This document shows, piece by piece, positions 32,188 to 41,105 of a stretch of DNA of 64,000 nucleotides. The DNA lies in NCBI GenBank assembly GCA_016212795.1, contig JACRDT010000015.1:132770-196769 (forward strand), written 5' to 3'. This DNA is from Elusimicrobiota bacterium. Lineage in GTDB: Bacteria; Elusimicrobiota; Elusimicrobia; UBA1565; UBA9628. The translations under genes were made by a program, and so were the position numbers. The stretch's first letter is position 1. Each line of letters begins with the position of its first letter. The notes under the pieces were generated by a model. That model saw nothing but the letters and a program-made list of their open reading frames with translations. It made no database searches and was not told the origin of the DNA.

Positions 32188-34368
32188 ATGGAACGCCCCG
32201 TCATCGTCATCGCGATTTCCCTCACGGCGGCCGCCCTCCTGGCCGCGGGCCCGGCCGGCGCGCAGCTCGACGTGCCGGAGCCCCCCCTGTTCAAAGCCGT
32301 CGCGGAAGGAGACGTCCAGGAGGTCCGGCGGTCGCTGGCCTTGACTCTCTCACCCCGTGACCGGTGCTACATGGGCGAATCGATCGCGGCCCACGCCAGC
32401 GCCTACGGCGACCTGGAGATCCTCGAGCTGCTGGTCCAAGCCGGGGCTTCCCTCCAGGAAGAGGACTGCCGGGACGACTCCCCCCTCTACCACGCCGCGG
32501 AGCAAGGCCACGCGAAGGCCGTGCGCTTCCTCCTCTCGAAGAAGGCCGACGTCAAGTTCAGGACCGGCAACGGCTCGACCCCTCTGCTGGCGGCCGTCAC
32601 GGGCCCGCTGTTCCAACGGGGACCGAAGGGCGACGCCCGGGAGACCGTCCGCCTCCTCCTCGAGGCCGGCTCCGACCCCGACGCCGAGAACCGGTTCGAG
32701 CAGACCCCCCTGCTCCTCGCCGTGCGCCGCGCCGACGCCAGGCTCGCCCGGCTGCTCTTGGACCGCAAGGCCGACCCGCGCCGGAAGAACGGGCGCGGCG
32801 TCAGCGCCCTCGACCTGGCCAGGCAGGCGGGCCTGGACTACATGGTGGCCGTCCTCGAGAAGCGCGCTCGCGCCGAGCCGACCCGCCCCGGCCGCAAGCT
32901 CATCGACGCGGCCCAAGCCGGCGATCTCGCCGTCGTGGACAAGCTCGTCAAGGAGGGCGCGCCGCTCGACGCCCTCGACGAGGGCGGCAGCACGCCGCTC
33001 ATCCACGCCGCCTTCATGGGCCACGAAGCCGTCGGGGTGGCGCTCGTGAGAGCCGGCGCGGACGCGGGCGCCAGGAACCAGAGCAACGACACGGCGCTCA
33101 TCTACGCCGCCGCCAGGGGCTGCGCCGGCCTCCTCAAGGCCCTGCTCGACCGCGGCGCCGACCCGCTCGCCCGGGACCACTTCCGCGGCACCGGCCTGTC
33201 CTACGCGGTCCGGGAAGGCAAGCCCGAGACCGCCGCCCTCCTCCTGGCCCGCGGCGCGCCCCCGGACGAGAGCGACGACGACGGCAAGACCCTGCTCATG
33301 GAGGCGGCCGTCGCGGGCGACGCGGCCTTGGTCCGGACCCTCCTCGACGGCCAGGCCGCCGTCGACGCCGTCGACAAGTACGGCCGCTCGGCCCTGATGC
33401 ACGCGCTCAAGGAAGGCAAGGACGCCGTCGCCCGCGTCCTCATCGAGCGGGGCGCCGACACCGTGAAGGCGGACAAGGACGGCGCGACCCCGATGCGCTA
33501 CGCGGCCCAGGCCCGGCTCCCCGACATCGCGTCCCTGCTCCTCCAGCGAGGGTCCCGCCCCGACCCAGACGCGCTCCTGGCCTCCATCGCCAACTGGGAT
33601 GTCGCCAGCCTCAAGCTCCTGCTCAAGAACGGGGCGGACCCCGACGGCAAGACGGACGGCAAGCTCCCTCTCGTGGAGGCCGCCGGGGCGTACAGCGACA
33701 AGCTGGCGCTGACCACGCTCCTCGTGGAGGCCGGCGCGGCCGTCGACGCGAGCGACGACGAGGGGAACACGCCGCTCATGAAAGCCGCCGAGTGGGACAA
33801 CGAGGAGTCGACGGCGACCCTCAAGTACCTGCTGGCCCGCGGGGCCGACCCCAAGGCCAAGGACAAGAAGGGCATGACGGCCTGGACCCGCGCCATGCTC
33901 AACGGGCACGACGCGGCCGCCGCGGCCCTGCGGAGCGCCGGCGCGGCGGCGGCCTACGACACCCTCGGATGGCGGGGGTCCAACCTGGACGGCGACGAGA
34001 AGACCGCGGCCGTCGTCTCGGACCAGGCCGGCTGGGAGCGCGTCTGGCGGCGGATGCGGCGCGACCCCGGGGGCCCCACCATCGACTTCAAGGGCTTCGT
34101 CGTGGTCCTCGTCTCCCTCGGCAGGATCCCGGGGCCGGAGTGCCCGTCCGTCGCGTTCAAGGAGCCGGTCCTCGCCGGGGGCGTGACGACCGTCGACTAC
34201 GACATCCACCCCGGAATCGTCTACGACGCCCCCTGGACGACCCCCTACGCGGTCAAGGTGTTCAAGCGCCCGAAAGCCGGCAAGATCGTGGTCAAGGAGC
34301 CTCCGGACCTCTCCTCCTCCCGCGGCAGGTTCGGGCCGGGGGATGGGCCGGGCTTCCTCCGGGAGTAG
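32188..34368 (+). CDS. secreted ankyrin-repeat protein (more than 12 ANK repeats) with a non-ANK C-terminal domain
   Basis: Signal peptide VIVIAISLTAAALLAAGPAGA. Many repeats of the G.TPL..A...G......LL..GAD pattern. Confidence 0.85.
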   Translation: MERPVIVIAISLTAAALLAAGPAGAQLDVPEPPLFKAVAEGDVQEVRRSLALTLSPRDRCYMGESIAAHASAYGDLEILELLVQAGASLQEEDCRDDSPLYHAAEQGHAKAVRFLLSKKADVKFRTGNGSTPLLAAVTGPLFQRGPKGDARETVRLLLEAGSDPDAENRFEQTPLLLAVRRADARLARLLLDRKADPRRKNGRGVSALDLARQAGLDYMVAVLEKRARAEPTRPGRKLIDAAQAGDLAVVDKLVKEGAPLDALDEGGSTPLIHAAFMGHEAVGVALVRAGADAGARNQSNDTALIYAAARGCAGLLKALLDRGADPLARDHFRGTGLSYAVREGKPETAALLLARGAPPDESDDDGKTLLMEAAVAGDAALVRTLLDGQAAVDAVDKYGRSALMHALKEGKDAVARVLIERGADTVKADKDGATPMRYAAQARLPDIASLLLQRGSRPDPDALLASIANWDVASLKLLLKNGADPDGKTDGKLPLVEAAGAYSDKLALTTLLVEAGAAVDASDDEGNTPLMKAAEWDNEESTATLKYLLARGADPKAKDKKGMTAWTRAMLNGHDAAAAALRSAGAAAAYDTLGWRGSNLDGDEKTAAVVSDQAGWERVWRRMRRDPGGPTIDFKGFVVVLVSLGRIPGPECPSVAFKEPVLAGGVTTVDYDIHPGIVYDAPWTTPYAVKVFKRPKAGKIVVKEPPDLSSSRGRFGPGDGPGFLRE

Positions 34369-34380
34369 CGCGGTGTCAAG

Positions 34381-35121
34381 CTACCAGCCTTGGATCCGCG
34401 TGAAGCCGCCGTCCCCGCGCACGATGAAGGCCGAGCCGCCGCGCTGCTCGCCGGCGAGGCCCTTGGCCCTCCACTGGACGGCCAGGACGATGGCCGCGAC
34501 CGGGTCCGCGAGCGTGCCGACGTTGCTGACGGCGAGCACCTTGGCGGCCATGGAGAGCTCGTACCCCGCCCTGACCTCGACCGTGGTCGGCTGGACCGAC
34601 ACCCCGGTCAGGAACCTCCCTTTGCCCGCGTAGCGCCCGCCCGTCGTCCTCACGACCGAATAGGCGACGCGGGCCGCCGGCAGGCCGACGACGTCCTTGA
34701 CCTCGAACTCGAACCGGTCCGCCTCGGCCCCGGACCACTGGCACAGCCCCGTCCAATCGCGCAGGCCCTCGGGAAGGGCCGCGGCGAAGCGCTGGCCGGC
34801 GTCCGGCAGCACCGCGTTGTTCTCGACGATCTTCCACGAAGCCCGGCCGGCGTTCACGATCGTCGCGAGGTCCACCTCCGGGCCGGCGGCGCCGCGCATC
34901 ATGCAGGACGCCGCGACCTCGCCCAGGAAGTCCCGGAAGCCGCGGCCCACGGCGTCGAAGTCGACCCTCGGGAGGTCCCCGACGCCGCCGGCCGCGCCGG
35001 GGGACCCCAGACGCCCTTCGGGCGCCGCCCCCGGCACGGCCGCGAGCGGTACCAGGCCGGCCGCCACCGCCGTCGAAGCCGTCAACGCCGCCGCGACCAA
35101 CACGCTCGTCGCCCCTCTCAT
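34381..35121 (-). CDS. secreted hypothetical protein carrying hairpin-element copy C near its N-terminus
   Basis: GGAGGTGAG SD before ATG 35121. Signal peptide MRGATSVLVAAALTASTAVAA. No family recognised. Confidence 0.55.
   Translation of the reverse strand: MRGATSVLVAAALTASTAVAAGLVPLAAVPGAAPEGRLGSPGAAGGVGDLPRVDFDAVGRGFRDFLGEVAASCMMRGAAGPEVDLATIVNAGRASWKIVENNAVLPDAGQRFAAALPEGLRDWTGLCQWSGAEADRFEFEVKDVVGLPAARVAYSVVRTTGGRYAGKGRFLTGVSVQPTTVEVRAGYELSMAAKVLAVSNVGTLADPVAAIVLAVQWRAKGLAGEQRGGSAFIVRGDGGFTRIQGW
34993..35063 (+). repeat. GC-rich hairpin element copy C (core 34993..35042), antisense to its host gene
   Basis: CGCGCCGGGGGACCCCAGACGCCCTTCGGGCGCCGCCCCCGGCACGGCCG. The host reads it as AAVPGAAPEGRLGSPGAAG. 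Confidence 0.85.
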
Positions 35122-35297
35122 GGTCTCACCTCCCCTGTCCCCCCGGAAATCAAGCCGGCGCCGCACCCCTCAGAGCGGCGCCGGCAGTTGCGGCGTGTAA
35201 ACCGACCAGTCGTCCAGCGCATCATGGTTGTGGAAACTGCGTATTCCATTGTAATCCGCCGAAGAAACCTTGTCAAGGGCCTTAGGGCCCAAAAAGA

Positions 35298-35305
35298 TGT
35301 AGAAT
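35298..35305 (+). promoter_or_regulatory. TG-TAGAAT -10 box, 9 nt upstream of ATG 35315
   Basis: aaagaTGTAGAATgcctccgccATG. Confidence 0.4.
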
Positions 35306-35314
35306 GCCTCCGCC

Positions 35315-35986
35315 ATGGCCAGACCGGCCCTCCCCAAGGGCGAGAAGACCCGCCAGAACATCATCCGGACCGCGCTGCGGCTCGTGGCCAAGCGGGGCTT
35401 CAGCGAGACCAGCTTCCAGATGATCGCGGACGCCCTGGGCCTCAGCCAGTCCGCGGTCCTGTACCATTACAAGACCAAGTACGCCCTCTTCGAGGACACC
35501 ATCAAGACCATCGTGCGGCACAACCACGAGACGGTCAACGCACTGACGCGCATGACGGACAACGCCGGCCAGCGCCTCGTCAAGCACTGCCTGGGCAACG
35601 TCCTCTGGGCGCATCGCTATAGGGCGGACGGCCAGGTCCTCATCCTCCTCTATTACTTCGCCTGCTTCGAGAGGAAGTTCACCTCCCTCTTCACGCAGAT
35701 GATGGAGCGCGGCCGCGAGAGGCTCATGGTCCACCTGCTGGCCGGGGAGAGGGAAGGGCTGTTCCGCTTGCCGTCCGGGCCGGCCACCGCGGCCGAGACC
35801 CTGCAGGACGCGCTGTTCGGCGCGATGCTCCACGCCATCTCGGCCCCGGAGGGCAGCGTCCCGCGCGGGGAGCTCGAGGGCAAGTGGCGCCAGGTGGTCG
35901 CGGCCCACACGGGCTGGACCGATCCCCGCCCGTCTCTAGTCACTCTACCCTCCCCGCGGGAGGGTAGAGTAGGGGGAGGCGAGTAG
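35315..35986 (+). CDS. TetR/AcrR-family transcriptional regulator
   Basis: KTRQNIIRTALRLVAKRGFSETSFQMIADALGLSQSAVLYHYKTK HTH motif. The last ~15 codons are encoded by the hairpin element. Confidence 0.85.
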   Translation: MARPALPKGEKTRQNIIRTALRLVAKRGFSETSFQMIADALGLSQSAVLYHYKTKYALFEDTIKTIVRHNHETVNALTRMTDNAGQRLVKHCLGNVLWAHRYRADGQVLILLYYFACFERKFTSLFTQMMERGRERLMVHLLAGEREGLFRLPSGPATAAETLQDALFGAMLHAISAPEGSVPRGELEGKWRQVVAAHTGWTDPRPSLVTLPSPREGRVGGGE

Positions 35987-36007
35987 CGAGGGGGCCGATG
36001 CCGCATT
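35941..36007 (+). repeat. solo copy of the G/C hairpin element with a covarying stem
   Basis: Perfect 13-bp stem ACTCTACCCTCCC/GGGAGGGTAGAGT, followed by GCGAGTAGCGAGGGGGCCGATGCCGCATTT. This tail resembles the arm tail GCGAGTAG(C/T)GGGGGGGCA and the GGCATTTG at 16170. Confidence 0.7.
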
Positions 36008-36016
36008 TGGTAAAAT
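36008..36016 (+). promoter_or_regulatory. extended -10 TGGTAAAAT upstream of the LuxC-like fusion gene
   Basis: TGnTAAAAT lies 19 nt before ATG 36036, directly abutting the hairpin element. Confidence 0.4.
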
Positions 36017-36035
36017 CTCCCCGGCAACGACGCCC

Positions 36036-38648
36036 ATGACACCCGCGAAGAACCGCTTCGTTTTCGGACGATGGGAGACGGCCGGGCCCCTCACTCCCGA
36101 GGACGCCTCCCGCATCGGCGGCCAGGCCCGGACGGCCATGCCCGCCCTCGCGGACTATCCCGTCGACAAGATCCTCTCCCTGCTCGGCCGGACGGCCGAC
36201 CGCTGGGCCGGCCCGCGGTCCGGCCTGCGCCGCGAGGCGCTGCGCCGGCTGCCCGCCATCACCGGCTTCTCGCCCGCGATGGTGGCCAAGGGGCTCGACG
36301 AGCTCTGCTGGACCCTGGACCCCGGCCTGCTGGCGAGGAAGCTCGAGACGGAACTGCGGCCCGACGCCGCCCCCCAGCGGCTGATCTGGGAGCCCCTGGG
36401 GGTCGTCCTGCACGTCCTGGCCGGCAACGTCTTCGTGGGCGCGGCCGGCGCCCTGGTCGAGGGGCTCGTCACCCGCAACGTCTCCATCCTGAAGATGCCC
36501 TCCGCCGACACCTTCTTCCTGCCGGCGCTCCTGCGCTCTCTGGCCGAGCTCGACCAAGACGGCGTGGTCGCCGGGTCCGTGGCGGCCGTCGAGTACGGCT
36601 CGGGCCAGCAGGACGTCATCGACCGCTTCAAGTCGTCCGTGGACGCCGTCGCGGTGTGGGGCGGCGAGGGCTCCGTCCGGGCGTACCGCGATGGGCTGCC
36701 GGCCAGGACGAGGCTGCTGGTCTTCGGCCCGAAGATCAGCCTGGCGGTCGTGACAAAGGAAGGGCTTGAGGAAACGGATCTCGCCTCAACGGCCCGACGG
36801 CTGGCCGCTGAGGCGAGCATATGGGACCAGAACGCCTGCACGGCGCCCCAGGTCTGCTACGTGGAAGGAGAGCGCGCGGCGCGCGCTCTCGTCGAAGCCC
36901 TCCCGCAAGCCTTCGAGGCGGCGGCCCGACGCCTGCCGCCCGGCGCGATCGGCCGGGACAACGCCGTCGAGATCCAGAAGCTGCGCGCCATCGCTTCGGT
37001 CGCCCAAGGCCGCGGGGAAGGGGTCCTCAAGCGCTCCCCCCGCGGGCTGGACTGGACCGTGATCCTCGACCGGGACCTCACCCTGGAGCCCTCCCCCCTG
37101 CACCGGACGCTGCGCGTCGCGCCGTTCCGGGACGTCTCGGAAGTCCTGGGGCAGATCGAGTCCCTGCGGGGGTACATCCAGACCGTCGGGCTCGTGGCGT
37201 CCGCGGGCGAGCAGCGCGGCCTGGCCGAAAGCCTCGCCCGAGCCGGAGCCCTGCGCGTCCTGGAGCTGGGCGCGATGGCCTCGGGGGAGATCGACGACCC
37301 GCACGACGGCCAATACGACCTCCCCCAGTACATGAACCTCGTCATCGGGCGGGTCGGCAGGACCCGGGGCTCCACCCTGCACCTGCCCGAGGCCGAGAGG
37401 CGGCGGCTCGTCGACGCGCGCCTCCGATGCCTCGTCGCGGCGGCCCGGCGCTCCGCGTTCTACGGCAAGCGGCTCAAGGGGCTGACCCTCGAGACCGCCG
37501 CGGACCTGCCCCGGGTGCCCGTCCTCACCCGGTCCGAGATGGAGGCGAACATGCCCCCCCAGGGCGACGGGCTCTCCACGGGCCCCTGGGCGGGCGGGTA
37601 CGTCTCGCGCAGCGGCGGCTCGACCGGCGAGCCCAAGTTCTCGGTCTACGACCGGCACGACTGGGACGCCATGATCTCGAGCGCCGTCGACGTCTTCAGG
37701 GACATGGGCTTCGCCGAGGACGACCGGCTGGGCAACTTCATGCTGGCCGGGGACCTCTACGGGAGCTTCGTCTCCTTCGACCACATCAACGCCAGGCTCG
37801 GGCTCACGAGCTTCGCGTTCGCCGGGAATTCCAACCCCGAGACGTTCGTGAAGGTCTGGAGGAAGTTCCGCCTTACGGCCGTCCAGGGGATACCCTCCCA
37901 CCTCCTGCCCTTCCTCCGGCGAGCCAAGGAGCTTGAGCCGGGCCTGACCCTGCGCAAGCTCATGTACGCCGGCGTCCCCCTGGCCCCCTCCGACTACGAC
38001 TGGCTCAAGGCCTCCCTCAAGGTCGAGCGCATCGCCTCGGTCATCGGCGCCAACGACGGGGGGCAGATCGCCTACCAGTGCCCCATGATGCGGGGGGCCG
38101 CGCACCACGCCGTCGACGAGTTCAACTTCCTCGAGGTCGTCGACGGCAAGGACCGCCCCGTGCCGGAGGGCCAGGCCGGGCAGATCGTCATCACGAGCCT
38201 CCTCAAGCTCGCCTTCCCCCTCATCCGCTACGCTCTCGGCGACAGCGCCCGGATCGTCCCCCGGCCCTGCCCCTGCGGCGGGACGGCCCGGGTGATCGAG
38301 TACCTGGGCCGCTGCGACGACGTCCTCGCCGTCGGCATGCTCAACGTCCGCTACCGCGACTTCCAAGACGCGCTCGGGCGCTTCCCCGTCTCGGCCCTCC
38401 AGCTGGCCGCGACGAACGACGCCAGGGGCGAGTCCGTCGTGGTGCGGGTGGAGACCGGCGCGCCGGCGTCCGGCGACGGCCTGGCCGAGCGCATGCGCCG
38501 GTCCATCCTCGCCGCCATGGAGAAGGTCCGCGAGCGCCTCGCCGCCGGCGCCCTGGCCGGGCTGCGCGTCGAGCTCTTCGGCCCCGGCGAGCTTCCCCGC
38601 AACCTTCGGAGCGGCAAGGTCAAGGCGCTCGTCGACGAGAGGCGATGA
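36036..38648 (+). CDS. fusion protein: LuxC-like acyl-CoA reductase (N, ~430 aa) + PaaK/coenzyme-F390-synthetase-like adenylate-forming enzyme (C)
   Basis: N-terminal half: LHVLAGNVF, ILKMPS, IWDQNACTAPQVCYV (LuxC-type catalytic Cys context). C-terminal half: SRSGGSTGEPKF, IVITSL...PLIRYALGD, PCPCGGTARVIEYLGRCDD as in PaaK-like ligases. Confidence 0.7.
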   Translation: MTPAKNRFVFGRWETAGPLTPEDASRIGGQARTAMPALADYPVDKILSLLGRTADRWAGPRSGLRREALRRLPAITGFSPAMVAKGLDELCWTLDPGLLARKLETELRPDAAPQRLIWEPLGVVLHVLAGNVFVGAAGALVEGLVTRNVSILKMPSADTFFLPALLRSLAELDQDGVVAGSVAAVEYGSGQQDVIDRFKSSVDAVAVWGGEGSVRAYRDGLPARTRLLVFGPKISLAVVTKEGLEETDLASTARRLAAEASIWDQNACTAPQVCYVEGERAARALVEALPQAFEAAARRLPPGAIGRDNAVEIQKLRAIASVAQGRGEGVLKRSPRGLDWTVILDRDLTLEPSPLHRTLRVAPFRDVSEVLGQIESLRGYIQTVGLVASAGEQRGLAESLARAGALRVLELGAMASGEIDDPHDGQYDLPQYMNLVIGRVGRTRGSTLHLPEAERRRLVDARLRCLVAAARRSAFYGKRLKGLTLETAADLPRVPVLTRSEMEANMPPQGDGLSTGPWAGGYVSRSGGSTGEPKFSVYDRHDWDAMISSAVDVFRDMGFAEDDRLGNFMLAGDLYGSFVSFDHINARLGLTSFAFAGNSNPETFVKVWRKFRLTAVQGIPSHLLPFLRRAKELEPGLTLRKLMYAGVPLAPSDYDWLKASLKVERIASVIGANDGGQIAYQCPMMRGAAHHAVDEFNFLEVVDGKDRPVPEGQAGQIVITSLLKLAFPLIRYALGDSARIVPRPCPCGGTARVIEYLGRCDDVLAVGMLNVRYRDFQDALGRFPVSALQLAATNDARGESVVVRVETGAPASGDGLAERMRRSILAAMEKVRERLAAGALAGLRVELFGPGELPRNLRSGKVKALVDERR

Positions 38649-38661
38649 CGAGGGGGGCCTG

Positions 38662-39906
38662 ATGCTCATCGCCCGCAACCGGGACATGCTCCTGCTGTGG
38701 CTCGGGCAGGTCCTCAGCCAGGCCGGGACCCGCATGCACCAGATCGCCCTGGCCTGGTGGATCGTGACCTGGGCCTCCGGCCCAGGGGCGGGAGGCTCCG
38801 GCGCCAAGCTCGGGACCTTCATGGTCGCCGGGGCCCTGCCGGCCATCCTCCTGGTCAAGGTCATCGGGCGCACGGTCGATGAGAACCCCTCCCGGCGGGT
38901 CCTGGTGGCCGCCGACGTCCTCTCGGCCGCGGTCGCGGCCGTCATGGCCGCGGCCCTGGCGGCCTCGCTGCTCGATTTCGCCTGGGCCTGCGCCGGGGGG
39001 TTCGTCCTGGCCGGGCTGCAGGCCTTCTTCGACCCCGCGCTCAACAAGGCGGTGTCGGAGGTCGTCGAGCCCCGGGACATCGAGGAAGCGGTCGCCTTCC
39101 AGTCGTCGACCCAATCCCTCGCGAGCTTCGCGGGCGCGGTCGCCGGCGCGCTCCTCATCGAGCGCCTCGGCATCGCGGGGGTGGTCAGGCTCAACGCCGC
39201 GAGCTTCCTGCTCTCCGGGGCGCTCAACGCGTGCCTGCGCATGAAGCACGCCCGGCCGGCGACCCCCGAAGCCCAACAGCCCGGGCTCTCGGGGTGGGCC
39301 ATCGTCAACCGGATGCCCCTCGTCAAGAAGGTGCTGCTGGGGTTCGGCTTCGTCAACTTCTTCATGACCCCGATCCTGGTGGTCCTGCCCCTGTACGTCA
39401 AGGAGACGCTCTCCGGCTCGGCTTCGCTCCTCGGGGCGCTCGAGGCCGGCCTCTGGGTGGGCCTCGTGACGGGCACGGCCGTCGCCGGCTGGCGGGGGTT
39501 CCCCAAGGACACGCTCCGCCTGGGCGCCTGGTGCCTGGCCGTCATCGGCGGGTGCCTCGCCGTCCCGGGCGTCGTCGCGGCGGCGCCGCTGTTCCTCGCG
39601 CTGCTCTTCATCGCCGGGGCGGCGCTCGGCGTCAACAACGTCAAGTTCGTCGCGCTCTTCCAGGTCGCGGTCGCGCCCGAGCACAAGGGCAGGTTCTTCG
39701 CCCTGATGGCCGCGCTCGTCAGCTTCACCTTCCCGGTCGCCTTCTTCCTCTTCGGCATGCTCGCGGACGTGCTCAAGCCGCAGCACGTGTGCCTCATCCA
39801 AGGGCTGGGGATCCTGGGGCTCGCCGCCTATTTCGCCAGGCTCGCGGCTGTCGCGCGCACCCCCTGCGGGGGGGCAAGCATCGGAGGGGCATGCCAGACC
39901 GCATGA
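38662..39906 (+). CDS. MFS transporter (EntS/MFS_3-like)
   Basis: NRDMLLLWLGQVLSQAGTRMHQIALAWWIV N-terminus. About 12 TM segments. Confidence 0.75.
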   Translation: MLIARNRDMLLLWLGQVLSQAGTRMHQIALAWWIVTWASGPGAGGSGAKLGTFMVAGALPAILLVKVIGRTVDENPSRRVLVAADVLSAAVAAVMAAALAASLLDFAWACAGGFVLAGLQAFFDPALNKAVSEVVEPRDIEEAVAFQSSTQSLASFAGAVAGALLIERLGIAGVVRLNAASFLLSGALNACLRMKHARPATPEAQQPGLSGWAIVNRMPLVKKVLLGFGFVNFFMTPILVVLPLYVKETLSGSASLLGALEAGLWVGLVTGTAVAGWRGFPKDTLRLGAWCLAVIGGCLAVPGVVAAAPLFLALLFIAGAALGVNNVKFVALFQVAVAPEHKGRFFALMAALVSFTFPVAFFLFGMLADVLKPQHVCLIQGLGILGLAAYFARLAAVARTPCGGASIGGACQTA

Positions 39907-41105
39907 CCTGCCGCTGGGCCACGCCCTCCGACGACCCCGCCATCCGCGCCCTCTGCGCCGGGCGGCCCGCCGCCGCGAAGGACCGCTCGTCGCTCCCGCG
40001 CCCATCGGGCATCGCGTCGGCGTTCCGGGACGCGGTCGAGGCAGGAGGCCGAGCGTCCCGGCCGTCCTCGGGAATGGCGTCGACGGGCCGGGAGACGGCG
40101 TGGGCCGTCGCCGAGGAGGACGGCGCCATCGTCGCGGCGGCGCTCGTGAGCGTGGAGCCGGCGACCCGGCTGGGCAAGCTGCAGTCCCTGCGCGCCGACG
40201 GCCCGGCGGAGCGCCGGCCGCCGCGCCTGCGGGACCTGGCGGGGTTCCTGACCCGCCACTTCCAGGAGGCCGGCACGGTCGACCTCCTCTACGGCACGAC
40301 TCGCAACCTCAGCATGGAGGAGCAGTCCGCGACCGTCGCCGCGGGCTTCAAGGTGCTGGGGGTCTTCCCCGGCGCCGTCGCGGCCGACCCCACGGCGACC
40401 ACCGGGCTGGCCGCCTGGTACGCCCCGGGGGTCCTCGCGGACAAGCGCCACGCCGACTTCGCCCTCCACCCGGCCATCGCGCCGTTCTACGACATCGCGG
40501 CGAGCCAATGCGGCCTGGCAAGCCTGCCCCCGGCGGCCCAGCCCCTGGGCCCGGCGGCCTTCCCCCAGCCCGAGGCGCCCGCGCCGTCCCGGGCCCTGCT
40601 CGAGGTCATCGATGCCCCCGCCTTCGCCGCCGAGCGCTTCCGGCGGCTCAAGGAGCGCCGCAGCCTCTCCGTGAATTTCTACCCCTTCACGGACCCCAAC
40701 GTCATCCTCATGAGCGCCGACGAGAGCATCCAGGTCTTCGCGTCCCTGTCCCGCGAGGTGCGCTTCGCCACCATCATCGGGGAGCACCTGCGCGCGGGCA
40801 CCGACCCGGTGCAGCTCTACAGCGAGGCCCTCCGCCTGCTCCACGGACATGGCGCCCTCTATATCGAGGTCATCAACGACGCCGCCGACGCGGCGGGCAT
40901 CGAGTACATCCTGCGCGCCGGCTTCTCCCCCTGCGGCTACGTCCCGTGCCTCAAGCTCCTGGGCGACAAGCGCCGCGACTTCGTGGTCTTCGCCAACTCC
41001 AAGGAGACCGCGGTCCAGCCCGGGCGCGACCACCCCGAGCACCGCCGCTTCTTCGAGGAGTACGTCAAGATCAGCCTGGGCGGCTGGCCCCCCAAACGAC
41101 CGTGA
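39903..41105 (+). CDS. double-domain GNAT-like protein, paralog 1 (N-terminal acetyl-CoA motif degenerate)
   Basis: ATGA overlap with the MFS gene. The C-terminal half aligns by eye with 42526..43695 (FYPFTDPNVILMS / FFPFHEPNLLLVA; YIEVINDAADAAGIEYILRAGFSPCGYVP / YLELLTSAYHPEVVKRIMDARFLPSAYYP). Confidence 0.5.
   Translation: MTCRWATPSDDPAIRALCAGRPAAAKDRSSLPRPSGIASAFRDAVEAGGRASRPSSGMASTGRETAWAVAEEDGAIVAAALVSVEPATRLGKLQSLRADGPAERRPPRLRDLAGFLTRHFQEAGTVDLLYGTTRNLSMEEQSATVAAGFKVLGVFPGAVAADPTATTGLAAWYAPGVLADKRHADFALHPAIAPFYDIAASQCGLASLPPAAQPLGPAAFPQPEAPAPSRALLEVIDAPAFAAERFRRLKERRSLSVNFYPFTDPNVILMSADESIQVFASLSREVRFATIIGEHLRAGTDPVQLYSEALRLLHGHGALYIEVINDAADAAGIEYILRAGFSPCGYVPCLKLLGDKRRDFVVFANSKETAVQPGRDHPEHRRFFEEYVKISLGGWPPKRP

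Noticed and set aside
36786-39797. 1003-aa minus-strand ORF
   Set aside because: Antisense to the LuxC/PaaK fusion and the MFS gene, both of which have clear motifs. Composition is shadow-like.
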